Made by a program: the position numbers and the translations under genes. From Intoshia linei (lineage: Eukaryota > Animalia > Orthonectida): DNA of 64,000 nt. Below, piece after piece: positions 42,101 to 55,100 of the stretch (its first letter is position 1; every line of letters starts with the position of its first letter). A model generated the notes under the pieces. That model was not told where the DNA came from, did not search any database, and worked only from the letters and a program-made list of their open reading frames with translations. The stretch spans positions 95,982-159,981 of the forward strand of contig LWCA01000001.1 in assembly GCA_001642005.1 (NCBI GenBank). Direction: 5' to 3'.

Positions 42101-45100
42101 CATAATCCTATAAATTTGTAATATTTCCCAGGGCCCACCAGTGGGGCCTGGCTCCAGGGTTGGGAAACACTGATATAAACCAATATTATATCAATCAAAC
42201 GCAAGGTGGTTAAATTTTGTCATCAAAATGTTTAAATTAAATTGTGTTAATGTGAAAACGAGGTACCTAATTTTATTAGTGTTCATATTATCGTGGGAAG
42301 TGAACAATTAAAAAAATATACAAAATATAATTGATTTATATATAATATTAATTTAGTCTATACTATTTGCTACAAAAGAAGCATCGTCTGTTCCAAAATA
42401 TACTCAATCCAATATTACATTAAACCTCCCGCCAATATTTATTATTTTACCCTGGATTCTGCAGGTAATGAAATTTTTGTATTTATTTATTGGTAGCTAT
42501 ATGTTTATAAATATTATTAGGTTTTAAAAAACAGTACGTGTACAAAAATTAAAAAAGAAGCAATATTTTTGCTATCAAAGTTGTTTACATCAGATCATGG
42601 AATTCCTATTACTAATGAACACTTAAGTTACCTCTATTTGATTACCAAATACTGTTCCCAGGATTTGAATGTTTTTTATTATTTTGTCTATATTTAATTA
42701 TTATTAGATAAAATGTGTCTTTATTACTCATATTTGCAAGACAATATTGACAAAACCGGAATACTATAGAAACAGGGCCATTGTGAATTTAATCATCAAT
42801 AAATTCGTCAATTGCAATTTTTATGTAATTTTTAACTAATATTCTCAAGGGCCTGTATAATTTTTTTGTTCCTTTTTCAATTCGTTCATTGAATGTAATT
42901 ATTTTTGTTCAAATTAAATTACATGTATGACTATTATGCCTTTTTATATATCATTCCCCTATATATAAAAGTCTATAATTATGATTAATCTTAAAATTAA
43001 AATATAAAAGCTGGTTAATAGTGATGAAACCTTTTTTTATTTTTTAAAATGTATTATTTAATTTTTTAGGAATTGAATTCATCTGTTGCATTAAGTTTTT
43101 TATCTACAGTTTTATTTCTTCCTTACATTTATAAAATTGATAATGGAAATAAAACAGATTTAATAATGAAATCTGAAACTGATTCTAAATTTGAACTGAA
43201 AGATAGTGAACAAGTACCAGAACTTTTTGATGTACATTTCATTTATATTTATATTCATTATGTATGAAATTATTTTTTTATTGTAGGCTAGAATTATAGG
43301 TTTATTTTTATCTTATCTCAATACATCATGTGATAATTTGAAATATGGGTACTTTTTAAATTATTAAAATTTTAATTAAATTTTATTATATATCTAGAAT
43401 GTTATCTATTCGATCAATGACATTATATTTATATTATAAACTATCTGATACAAATATAGTGGAAATTGCATATTTTGAGGAAATAATTGAAGCTATTAAA
43501 AAACAATTATTATTGGTTTTTTAATTTTTTTTATTTAACAAAAAATGTATAGTTCAGTATAATGACTAATAATGTTAATTTGGCTTATGTATTGGTTGCA
43601 ATTGAATCAATTTCAATTTTATCTGATCGTGCTGAAATGATGTTCAATTATAATTCTAAAGTTTCATTGAATTTGGTTCGGGTACATTTTTATCATTATT
43701 TAGAATATTTTTAGGTATACAATTAATAGTGCGTTTGACATTGATAAATGACGCTCAATAAAATTATAGTTATAAATAATCAATTTTTGAGATTGAAACA
43801 GATTTTTGTATTTTTTTTGGAAATTTGGGATGAATATTTTATTTTTCCAATATATTCAAAAATTTGAATAATATTAATTGATAAATCATCAATGATGATA
43901 TATAAATTTCGTTTTTGACCACGAATATGTAAATTTATATTGTTTAAATTTTTTTTAGATTTACTGTAATAAACTGTATCACACTGATCTTTTTTAAAAT
44001 TATAGAACCATAAAATAGAAATAATTGGCAAAAAAAGTCAGTTTTTTGTACATAGTTAGCGTTAGTTTCTAATATAAAAAATTGTTTCTCTATCAATCTA
44101 AAAATTGTATTATAATACATGTTTTTTAAAATTCAATGGCTCTTATTAACATTGTAAAATGGTTAACTTTTTTATTTTTCAAAAAAAGTTAATTTCCTTT
44201 GTTCTTTATGGCTAACGTGGAAATGGAAATTTTTGAGATTGAAATTTGGTTAATTGCTGTGTCGGAAAAAAACTTATTGGAATTTTTTTAAGCTTATGAC
44301 TCTGCCAGTTTTCTAAATAAACGTTTACACTTAAATGTATAACTAAAATTTACAAAAACTAGCTGAATCTTAATAATCTAGGAGCGAACTCTTAAACGTG
44401 CTATTAATTTTTTAAATTAAAATGATTTTTAGTGTCTTTGTGAATCTGTGAAATGCATTTGCATGATTTATATCAATTCAAATATTAAAGATCTGTTGCA
44501 ACGTAAAGTAGGTATTGAAAATGAAGATTGTAATTGTTATTTTTAGACTGTTATTCAAATGCTCTTTTGTTTATTTAATTGGGTTATGAAATCACCTAAA
44601 GAAATATTTTTTAATCAGAATAATTACGGAGATTATAACATATTATATGTCGTGTTAAATGTATTTTTTTCTTTTTTTGTTTTTCAATTTAATTTAAAGC
44701 ACTTGGAAAGTATTATTGACGGTACTGTTATTGGTGGTCAGAATAGTGGTAACACGCTTGGCTTATTATTTATTACTTTGGTCATTTTATTTAATTTTAT
44801 TTAGATGACGGCTTCAGTATTTATTCAAATTTATCTTTTCTTAGTATGTGTCAAAATGATCATGATATAAATGAGTCTATTGGAAGCATTAATAGTATTT
44901 GTACTAATAAAAATTTACCAGTCCAGTTTGCTGCTTATCATGTATTTTTTTAATTCTTTGCTCCTTTTTTTATGGCTAAATTCTTTGTTTTAAAATTTTT
45001 CATTTTAGATAATTTCGAAAATTTTATTGTACTATGGAAAATGGCCGGGCGTTTATGGGAATGACGCCTATTTTACCAAAGATACAGAATGCAATTTGGA

Positions 45101-48100
45101 TTATACTAAAATGAATATATTGAATGTTACTTATAATCGAAAATTTTTTAAACATCCAAACATTTTGGTTTATTTGGTAGTATAAGTCTTATAATATATT
45201 TTAGTTTTTGTGCATTGATGAATCTTCTATCATTACAATTATTACGCAAGCTGAAGAAGACTGTGGAAAGGTTAGTTTTAAATTTATTCTAGGGAATACT
45301 AGACTAATTTTTATGAATATTTTTCTAAGAACTTATATACATCAGACAAAAATTGTATTATAATTTTGACATATCATTGATGGGTCAATCAATGCCTTAC
45401 TAACATTAGTGGATATAATTTTTGTAGATCCATGGCTTAATATTTAAACCGGCATAATAATAACATTTGTAAATTCATTTTCCCTTATTCTTAAATTCGC
45501 CCTGTTTCATCAATGTGAAAATTTACAATGGTCAGGTTTGTAGAGAATCAGAATTAGATGGGCAAAAAATAGAAAACTTATCATCAGTGGCGAAATTGCC
45601 GTACCCGAGAAACCACTTCGGTGGCTTCGACGAAAATTTGTGTAAAATGGGGCCTCATTTTTCCAAATTAAGTATTAAAAATAAAAAGACTTTTACCATA
45701 TTTTTTTGAAAAATTCACTTAATCAATCCTCAAAATAAAAAATCTAATTTTACCAACCGTTAAGTGAAAAATCTCTTTTTTTCTATATTTTTTTGAAAAA
45801 CACAATTTAACCAAATATTATGTAAAAGGTTTTCATTTTTTTGATAAATGTTGTATATATCATGTTTCCTTTAAGGTCCAAAAAAAAATAAATATTTTGA
45901 AATGGGGGTCAGTACAATATTTGAACCAAGAATCACTGCTCTAAGATGTATTGCTCTTACAATACATTGTTTAACTGAATATTCCTTTTGTTTAATTTGT
46001 TTAGAATATTTTCCTCGTAAATTTGTAAATAAATAACATACTAACTGATTTTTTTTTGCTAAAATTTTATACTACTTTATAAATATGAAATAATGTATTC
46101 AAATTTGGTTACATTTGTAACGCCACAAAAATTATCAAACAGCTATGATAAAAACCTGATATAAATAGAAATTTTTAATAGTTTAGTTTATTTTTTAATT
46201 TAAGGGTGTTTGGACGTTTAATTTATTTTTATTATTTAGGAAAATTCACTTCATATTATTGTTAGGAATATTTCAGGTAAATATTCCATTAGAGTCAAAA
46301 GCAAAGAAAACTATCCGTTACACTGTTCTTATGAAACGCCAAATGTAGAAACTTATGAAAATTTTGATGTAGTTGGTATAACTATTATATTTCTGTGTAA
46401 AAATATTTTTAGAGTCTTGTGAAATTATTTCTGAATCTACTAAAGATAAGTATAGTATTAAGGAGGTATTATTATAAAAAAAAATTATATTCTTGAATAT
46501 CAATATGTGTGTTCAATTTAAAATGCCAAGTCAAGAGCCTTAGAGAAGTAGCTAAGAACTATATGACAATATTTATAATCCTATTAATTTATTTAAATAC
46601 ATTTTCAATGGACTGGTCCGTGGACCGTCATTTGGAACCGCTGTATAAACGGATTTAAAAAAAATTTTTGGATAGATTTTTTTAAATGAAAATGGCATCG
46701 AATTTCAAAATAGCTTTTTCTAATAATAAAAGTGAACCCTAACATACATCAATTGTGTATACAAATTGAAAATTACAAAGCTATTCTGTTAGGTAGGTGC
46801 ACTAAATGTTCTTAATATTAAGGTTGACAAATACTCAAAAAAACAATTTTTTATATTATTAAAATTAGGATTTAAATGAATTTAAAGAAAAAATAGAAAA
46901 AAACAGCAAATTGGACAATTTTTTTAATATATTTCGAAACTCTCGAAATTCAGACGTATTTGAAGCTGAACCAATGAAAAACAATAAATTTATGGAATTC
47001 TACAAATTTTATAAACATATTTCCAATGAAGAAAATGACGTTTTTGAGAATGATCCGTACAGTTCAAGTGAAACATTACAAAACCAAGATTTTCAATCTG
47101 ATTTAAATTCTAAAATTTCCTCTGATATCAAATTGTATTTTATAATTTTATCATATTTTAATCTTTTATTTTCACTTTAATTTTATTATTATCGTACTAG
47201 TGGTAATTAATTTTCGTTTCTTTTTCTGTAAAATTAAAAATTGGGCTTTTCTAAAATTAATTTTTTTTCAAAATCAATATATAATGTATGTTGAAATTAG
47301 TTATAGAAAGAGGGTTGATGTGATTTTATTTACAATATATTATTAACATTACTATTATATTGTAAACTATATTAAACTAAATCTATTCGTAACATCATTT
47401 TTAAAAAATATGTTAATTTTTAACGGGAATAGATAAAATGAAATGATTATAATTATTTCATTAGTATTACATACAAATGTATAAATGAAACATTTACCTT
47501 AATATTTATAAATTTTTTTTTGATGATTTAAAATTTTAGAAGTGTATTTGATAAGACGGATGAATCATCTTACAAATCAAAGATAAACGTCACACTGAAT
47601 TTAGTTTATCAGTTTTTGAAGGACTTTGGATTTTTGCATTTTAATAAGAGGTTTATAATTGGTAAAAATGTTTATATTTAATTTAGATCCAGCATTTCGT
47701 TATTGAAATATAGCAAAGACCTTATTACAGACTTGAAAGCTCTGGATTCATATTCTGGGTAATTTTTTAATTTTAATTGGAAATGCAAAATAGGTAGACT
47801 ATTATTTGTATTTAGACGTGAATGTTTTAAAATAGCAATTGTATATATTGGAAAAGGTCAATTTGATAAAAAAACCATATTTCATAATATGAGGGGGAGT
47901 GATAGATTTGAAAGATTTATTAAAAAAATTGGATGGGTGGTATTTTTTAATAAATTTTTTAGTTATATATATTTTTTAATTAATTATAGGTTAATTTAAA
48001 ATATCACAATGGATTTATGGGCGGACTTTCAAGTACAGGTGCCAATGGAAATACATCTTATTATTATTCAAATTCTGCATATGAAATAATGTTTCATGTG

Positions 48101-51100
48101 TCAACTCTTCTTAGGGCTTCAAATACTCATAACAACCTCAACATGATTGTAGGTTTTAAATGTACAAATAATATAATATACATCTAAGCTAGTAAAATAA
48201 ATAAATAGTAAGTAAGCTAGTGCTACCATATTATAGTAGTACTATCAATTTTTCGAATGAGATTATATTATATTACATAAATTAAATAATTTTGAAATTT
48301 TTTAAACCTTAAAAAAATTATTTCTAAGGATTAAAATATGAACTTACTTTAAATTAATGATCAATTTTTCCATTTAAGTTAAATTTTAATATCAGAAACT
48401 TTTTCTGTTATTTTGACCCAAGCATAGCTGGTGCTTTATCAGTACAAAGATGGCATATATGGTTCCAATTTAAATTTCCTTTAATAAAATAAAGTCATCA
48501 ATTGTTTTATAAATATACATTTTTTTTGTATTTGTAAGTTGTTCTCTACAAAATAAGAATTCTTCCTTAATTTCATTCAAATGAATACCTCATATAAAAT
48601 TAAAATAAACTGTCAAATAATTTATAAAAATTTGCGACACCTAATGGCCGCGACCCTTCAATTGAGAAACTATGATCTAAGGGTTGAATTGGACCGTCAC
48701 AAATTATAAATATAAATTTAAATGATTAAGCCACTATAATACAATTTATATAAAATCACTAATGTATAATTAACCAGGTGATCTTATTAGGTTGTCCAAT
48801 AAATAATTTTGTTTAATACTAAAACGTAAACGTTTATTTAAGTATTTATAAATTAATCTAACTGATCAAATAATTTCCGCTAGATTCCACAATTATTTCC
48901 CAATGTTTTAGTACTTTATATTCCTACTAAAATCAAAATTGAAATCTTTACAAAGCAACAAAATAATAGTTCGATTAAGGTTTTTAGATACGTTTTTTGA
49001 GCTTTTGTACGACGCTAATTATACGTGAGTGTTATCAAAATTTTAATAATATTTTTTTGGTTTTATACGTTGATTTGTATTACGAGAACCGAATTTACCA
49101 AGCTGGAAGCTACCGAAAAATGAAAAATAAGCACCTGAAAAAATTTCACAGGTGTTATGTTGTATCGTATAACCTTGGTATCCTCTCTAGGGATCTTGGG
49201 TTGATATTTTAAATTTAACACAGAATAATGATAAATTTGTAGAAATGATGCTTCCATTTTTCAGAAATTTTATTGAGTTCTCCGCGAAGAGGCGTCTCGG
49301 TATGTAGGTTCGGCACTGTGTACTATGTGACACACTTTACATTGATATAAGATTTATACATGATATAATATTATTTACATAATCAGCAGAGCCGTGTAGA
49401 GGGGATAAGGCATATGACGGAACCTATTATTGTGAATTTATGGTTAATTTTAGAATTATTTTTTGCAAGGTGGTTGAATTTTTTTTAGTCCAGCAGAGCA
49501 AAGCTGAAAAAAAGTTTGGCTACCGTTGGATTAAACAATGGGTAGAGTAACCAAAAATTTTTATGTATATTGGCAACTATAATTTTCATGTGACGCGGGC
49601 CCACTGTTTCCCCTCAGCGGCCTGTTTGTAAGTACATATAAAGGATTTATTAATTTTTACCTTTCTAGACTCGTCATATTGGAAATGATGAAGTTCATAT
49701 CATTTGGAATGAAAGTGGTAGAGAATACAACATTGATTCTATAAGAACTGAATTTGCTGACCATATTTTAGTTGTCACACCATTGGACAAAAATTTTAAT
49801 TTTATTAATTTTAAAGATAAAAAAGGAGTACTGTTTATTTTGTATTATGTTCTAAGTGAAATTAATCTCATGAGATTTTTTGGTAGAGCCATGAATTTTT
49901 TTTGTGAATGACTATAATCTTAATAATTAGAGTCTTATCTAATTTATTACATTGGCAAAGTATGTTTTTTACCAGTTGGCAAAATTAAAGAGATATTAAA
50001 TGGTTGAACGTTGTTTTGATATATAATATTTGTACTATATTGTAATAGTTATACTATTTTATCTGTTAAATTCAATAATTAAATATGTCTTAGAATTATA
50101 ATAATTATTATTAATACACATTTTTTTAAAATTAGAAAACGGTAAATATACATTACTAGGTTGACTGTTATGTACTACGTACAAACAGGACCTAGCTTTG
50201 CTGAGAGCACATTAATACTATATTTTTTTTGAATTTGTAGGATCAATATTTACGTTTTTAATTTTTATTTTATATGAAATATTTGAAAAATATTGGTTGA
50301 TAATATATTCAAAATTATTTCTCATCGGGAATGCGTTAGATTTCTCGGGTTGAACTTTTGTATTTATATCAATTGAAATAAGCTCTATCAGAATAATCTT
50401 TTTTTTAATTTTTAGACTGTTAATTATATTACATTTTTTGTTTTACATTTTGTTAATAAAATATTTCCAAAAAAAATATATGAATACTAAAATGCTTTTT
50501 TGATCATGAAGTCATCACTTATTCCGATTGAAATTTTTTGAAATTCTAGGGCTGTTTTCATAAAAAAAGAAGGGTCATTTGTGGTTTTGGCCCCAAAGAT
50601 ATATTTTTTCAAATTTAAATTTATGATAATGTTTATGATTTTAAAATCCGTATCAGCGTATATATTTTTTTAAATTCTCCAACTCGTTTGATTTTCAAAA
50701 ATGGGGACAACTGGGATTTTTGACCCGTAAGATGTGAAATTGGGAGGTTGAAATTTATCTTATTATACGTGGTTTTTGACCCTTAAGATGTGAAATTGGG
50801 AGGTTGAAATTTATCTTATTATACGTTTGAAAAAACTGTAATTGAAATGTGGATTTTATAAAATTTTAAGACAGGTAGTTATTTCAATAAAGTGGAACAC
50901 ACACACAGACAGACACACAAACAAAAATCGCGTAGCATATTATATAAGTTAGGATATCGGTGTTTCTGGAAGATCCATATGTAATAAACAATTTTCGTTA
51001 ATTGAATTGAATTGAATTGTAATGAAATTGTAATCGTAATTGATTAACTTATATTTTAATGGTAAAAAATAGACTAAAGATGTTGGTCCATTGTACGATG

Positions 51101-51325
51101 GAGCTATTGTGCCAAACAGTGTATTAGAAAATTTAGTTAGAGAAACTGTTATTAATATGAGCATAAATAGAAGATATTCAAACGCCTTGTATGAACCAAG
51201 GTATTTTTTATTTTTGCTTTTTTATTTATTTATATAGTTATACACAAAGAATTTACAAACTTCAACAATCCATTCAACGTCATAAAACCAATGTTAGTTA
51301 CCAGGATTTATATTTATTTAATTGA
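24133..51325 (+). CDS. RALGAPA: Ral GTPase-activating protein catalytic subunit alpha (multi-exon)
   Basis: Exon 1 (24133-24235) MFSKRHFEKKKIIIKILDNKKDPTSKLKKIRSVL and exon 2 (24739-25155) with LPHLIHERWQFHVLG...LLHINNSLAIKK match the RALGAPA1/2 N-terminus. RapGAP-domain exons at ~47.8-48.15 kb, 49.67-49.83 kb and 51.07-51.33 kb read RECFKIAIVYIGKGQ, HNGFMGGL, EIMFHVST, RHIGNDEVHIIWNE (Asn thumb retained) and GPLYDGAIV. Stop TGA at 51323-51325. Confidence 0.93.
26090..26379 (-). mobile_element. Helitron-like 5' fragment (subfamily C)
   Basis: Ends acacacaccgacattcaattttatataaggaaagga, the reverse complement of TCCTTTCCTTATATA. Confidence 0.55.
27713..28455. mobile_element. hAT-type MITE (TIR CAGGGATTGGAA, with caattaattg-rich subterminal repeats)
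   Basis: Ends cagggattggaaataattgattgcaa and ttgcaatcaattaattccaatctctg; TSD attttgat / gttttgat. Confidence 0.8.
28909..29270. mobile_element. Partial second copy of the CAGGGATTGGAA MITE, beginning at an N
   Basis: Similar to 28095-28455 and ends ttccaatccctg. Confidence 0.75.
29407..29747. mobile_element. hAT-type MITE
   Basis: Imperfect TIRs catgcgttcccaaa / tttgggaaccccta with a perfect 8-bp TSD atctacaa. Confidence 0.8.
31400..31720 (+). pseudogene. Decayed DNA-transposase C-terminal fragment (hAT-like)
   Basis: The reading ASSLSVERCFLMLKNLL at ~31640-31690 resembles the hAT motif S..VERxFS. Confidence 0.4.
32000..32493 (+). pseudogene. hAT transposase dimerisation-domain remnant with a right terminus
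   Basis: LMTVQFTSTQNKRYFSTVSNFVTKRRTR at ~32134-32220 resembles TSxxxERxFS..G...TK.R.RL. A TIR-like tgaatccgccctg ends at 32493. Confidence 0.5.
33121..34382 (-). pseudogene. Tigger/pogo (CENP-B-type HTH, DDD) transposase remnant
   Basis: HTH-psq-like KLLNKGESVNAVARRMTLSRSTIYTIQRNK; GWLKNFKNR; KLCGESGGADVEAA; YNMDET. Many frameshifts. A TA-flanked terminus cagtcaaccaccgttagtagtg is at 34382. Confidence 0.75.
34703..36618 (-). mobile_element. hATm-like DNA transposon (1.9 kb) with a decayed transposase
   Basis: TIRs taaggtgtcaca / tgtgacacccta; TSD ctgggcat / ctgagcat. ORF fragments carry YYDGK, SFYTTPSNTG (consensus FDTTxSNTG), CRHHILEIIL, RWTAKLIYSLK and VNNVAERA. Confidence 0.75.
37063..37290 (-). 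pseudogene. Chapaev3-like (CMC) transposase C-terminal fragment
   Basis: GCLYSPKMHLIESH...VSDEHGERFHQ...EKRFHG...MLSDYLW matches the recalled motif SLKIHFLHSH..SDEHGERFHQ..MLADYCW. Confidence 0.65.
37560..39404 (+). mobile_element. Ty3/Gypsy LTR retrotransposon remnant (gag zinc knuckle, protease, RT N-terminus, internal deletion, possible 3' LTR)
   Basis: CYGCGKH knuckle at ~38148; protease LIDTGSKVNLI; RT WRSPKFFVPK...FRMVFDFKKLNEQTKKDTYPAP. A possible LTR TGTAATG...CACCA (39230-39404) follows a purine-rich tract. No 5' LTR found. Confidence 0.78.
41549..42172 (-). mobile_element. hAT (Buster/Charlie-type) internal-deletion derivative in a RALGAPA intron
   Basis: Perfect TIRs cagtgtttcccaacc / ggttgggaaacactg and a perfect 8-bp TSD atataaac. 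It retains the transposase C-terminus LLPFPSSYLAECGFSAV...RGDLRLKLT. Confidence 0.9.
50156..50954 (-). mobile_element. Non-autonomous Helitron with both termini (subfamily A, ~800 bp)
   Basis: Minus strand A|TCCTAACTTATATAATATGCTACGC...(GT)n...hairpin CTGTTTGTACGTAGTACATAACAG TCAACCTAG|T, with no TSD. It has an internal ~56-bp tandem duplication at ~50715-50827. Confidence 0.82.
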
Positions 51326-52185
51326 TGTAAATAAATGTTTCAACAAATTTTTTTATCAAAATTTGTAATTCTTGATTTTACCAGTTATCCTTGACCTTTT
51401 TTTGGCCTTTAAATGTCAATTTCAGAAAATTAAATTCGGATATAAACACTAATTAATTAATAATAAATTGAAAATTAAAATTGCCCACACTTTATTTATT
51501 ATTTTTTTTTATATAGAAATTCTAGGTTTCTTAAATTTAAATCATACGACTAACAGACTATTGTAATAAACAGTGGATAATTAATTTTCATATAAATTGA
51601 ATATCATTTTAGATCTCCAAATATGTAATGAGTCATTACTAATGAAAAACTTGTATGCTCCGGAAATTTTTGTAGTGAATAATTGATAATTTAATTTAAT
51701 ACTTCACTCATCAAAATTATACACCAAATTTTTATATAATTTTAAATATTTTATAACTCTTAAATTAGGCTTTGTGGACCCCAGGGCAGTATTATTTTTT
51801 AGGGGTTCTTAGAATTATTCTTTATTACTTATTGACAAAACGTGACGATTGTAAATTGGTTATAACAATTTAATGTTGTTTTATTTTTATCATCGAATTA
51901 ATGCTTTATTATACATTTGAATGCATTAAATATATAATACATTTTAAAGGATCAGAATAAAATTTACACCAAATATTTTTCTGCGGCTATTTAGTTCCAT
52001 CTAGATTACATTGACTACCACTGTTTATTACCTTTGCTAACGATTTATGATTGTTTATCGGCCCTAAAAATTTATCCAATATTGTTTTAGTTAATGCTGA
52101 CAAATAACACAATATTATTTTTTGGATTTTTAATATTGATAGTGATAATAATTTTATTTTTTTGTTTATTTTAATACATTTTAAA

Positions 52186-55100
52186 ATGATGCCATCAGGA
52201 GTAGTAAAGAATAATCCAAATTCTAACGTAGTAGTAATGGCAGCGATAGAGTCAATTTTTGACATTATTGACGGAGAAATATTTATAATGAAGGGTATAA
52301 AAATATAAATCATAAAATGTGATTTTATAGAAATACCGACGAGTTATAATGCTCCAGAAATAAAACCACAGGAAGGTTTTCTATATTTAACCAATTATAG
52401 AATACTCTATAAATCGACTGATCGAGTAAAATTTAATTGAACTATCAATTTTGCTTTTCATTTAGTATCCGTCAATTGAACAACCGGTTTACGCCATCGG
52501 ATATATTGACATAAAAAGGACAAAACTACCATCTCAATTTGACTTAATATGTAAAGACATGTCAGTTTTATCATTTGATATAAACAATGAAGATTTAAGA
52601 AAAAATTTTTTAATTAAAATACAGCAAATGACCTTTGCAACCAAAACGAGTGTATAATGTGTATTATTTCACCTTATATATTAATAGGAACTTTTTGCAT
52701 TTAAATCAAAAGAAAAATTTAAAAGTAATGGCTGGAAAATATATGATTCAAAAAAAGAGTATAAAAGAATGGTAAATTTTAATTCTTTTTACTGGTCATG
52801 TTTGATTTATAGAATTTACCAAACGAATTATGGAAGTTATCTGATGTCAATTTGAATTATGAATTTTGTGAAACATATCCGAATATAGTAATTTTATTTA
52901 ATTTTCATTTAATATTTTATGTACACTTGTTCCGGTTTTAATGATTCATTCTTTATTTATAAGTAAAATGTATTTCAAAAAATAATTAAATTATATTAGT
53001 ATCCCATCTGCCATTTATTTAGCTTTGCCTGATTCAAAAAAGGTTCTAACCACCCAAATGACATTTTAAAATCAATTTTGAAAAGCACGGCAAGTAAAAT
53101 GCATAAAATAATAATATTTATTTCAAAAGTTAATGTTTATTTTCAATTTCAATTTCATATCAGATTTGCATACCAAATGATGAAAATACCAGCATTACGT
53201 ATGATTTGCATGCAGTAGGAGAATTTAGGAGTAAAAAAAGAATTCCTGTATATTATATAATTCAGTTTCTGTATAACGGATCCTCATCTTCATCCAGCTT
53301 TGAATTTAAGTTTTTATGAAAAAATATTTCTTGTTACCATTAAATTTATTGAAAAGTAAACTATAAGATCTTACAGATTCAAAATTATTTAGGATGCTTA
53401 TGTTTTTTAATTTCCAAAACTTTTTTCATTTTTTTAAAAAAATTTAAAAAAATGCTTTGGCTGTGTAGACCTCAATATCTAAAAATACTATTTGGCGTAA
53501 AACATTAATCTCCAAAAACTGTATTAGAAATTGAGATTTTTAATTAAAAAGTAACAAACACACATAAACATTCAATTTTATATACATAGAATGTAAAAAT
53601 AAATTTAGTACCTACGAATCTATTAAAATTGTAAAATGTACCATTCTTCAAAAATTATGAGGACTCTTTATCTATATTTTTCAAACTTAGAAAATATTTT
53701 TGAATTGATAAAAAATAATATTTAGGTTTTATCATGGCTACACCAGGATAATAAGGCTACATTGTGTCGAGGATCTCAACCTCTTATTGGTGTAAATAGA
53801 TCTTCTACTAATGATGAAAATTATTTATTATGTATCGTTGAAAATACTTTGCATGCAGCAAAACTATTACTTGTAGACGCCAGGCCAATCGGTAATAATT
53901 TTTTTCAAGTCTATTATTCCATAAGTTTAGAATTATAAGATATTAAGTTTGATACGTACATTATTGAAATAAACGGTAATACACAGTTAAACAGTTAAAC
54001 AATAAGTTTTACATACATATGTATGTTAGGATTATATCCAATTATGTTAAGTCTTTAGTTTGGGTAATTTTGTACATCTTCAGGATTGATATATGATCAT
54101 CGGCACTAATATATGTATATCTATGTAAGATAAAAAATTAATAAAAGAAGTCTGAAAAATATAAGGGTATAATAAGACATTATCAAAATTTTGACGAGCC
54201 TAGAGCTTGCAATTTTTAGCCAAAATTGATAAAAAATTTTATTTTTTAGTGTACTAAATTGGGATTCCCAATATCGTCAAACTAATCTAAACTAAATTAT
54301 TTTTTTAGCTAATGCTGTGGCCAATAAGGTAAATTTAATAATTATATTTTTTTGTATACAACTGTAGTGTGATTTATACATTTGTCTAGTTTGTTGGAGG
54401 TGGAGTTGAAAATGCAAGAGCTTATGACAATGTTAAAGTTATATTTCAAAATATTCACAACATTCATGTGATGAGAGATAGGTAATTGAAGAATAATTTG
54501 ATTTACAACTTTATATCATTACTACGAATTTCCATTAAATTTAATAAATAATATTAATAATAAGGAAAGGATTACTATTATCGACTTTTAATAATTTGAT
54601 AATTATAATATGAAAGATTAATTATTAATTAATTATTTTAAATTTTTTATTGTAATAAAATAGTTACCAAAAAAAAAAGTGAAGATCAAAGTGTTTTTTT
54701 GACCCTGAAGGTATCATCACTTAGTGAGATTCAAATTTTTGATGTTTTAACTGAAAAAAATTGCATAATTAGTAATGTTGTTTTAAATTCTAGGACTATT
54801 TTGATTTTTTAAAAAAATGGTAATCTGGGTTTGATTTTGAAAATGCAATTTTTGGAGATTTTGATTTATGATAATGATTTTCATTTTAAAAACTATCTCA
54901 GAATTTATGTTTTATAACATTTTAGGACATTTTTTATTTTTAAAACAAATAATAATTTGTGGTTTTGATCATGAATGTGTGTGTTAGACTGAGATTTACG
55001 ACAATGTTAATGATTTTATAACGCGACCCAGAGTTTATGTTTTTTTAATTTTTGGTTGATTTTATTTTTAAAAAGAAGGGCAAATTAGGTTTTGCCCTAA

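Noticed and set aside
51987-52313. 108-aa minus-strand ORF
   Set aside because: It overlaps myotubularin exon 1 in antisense and has no recognisable domain.
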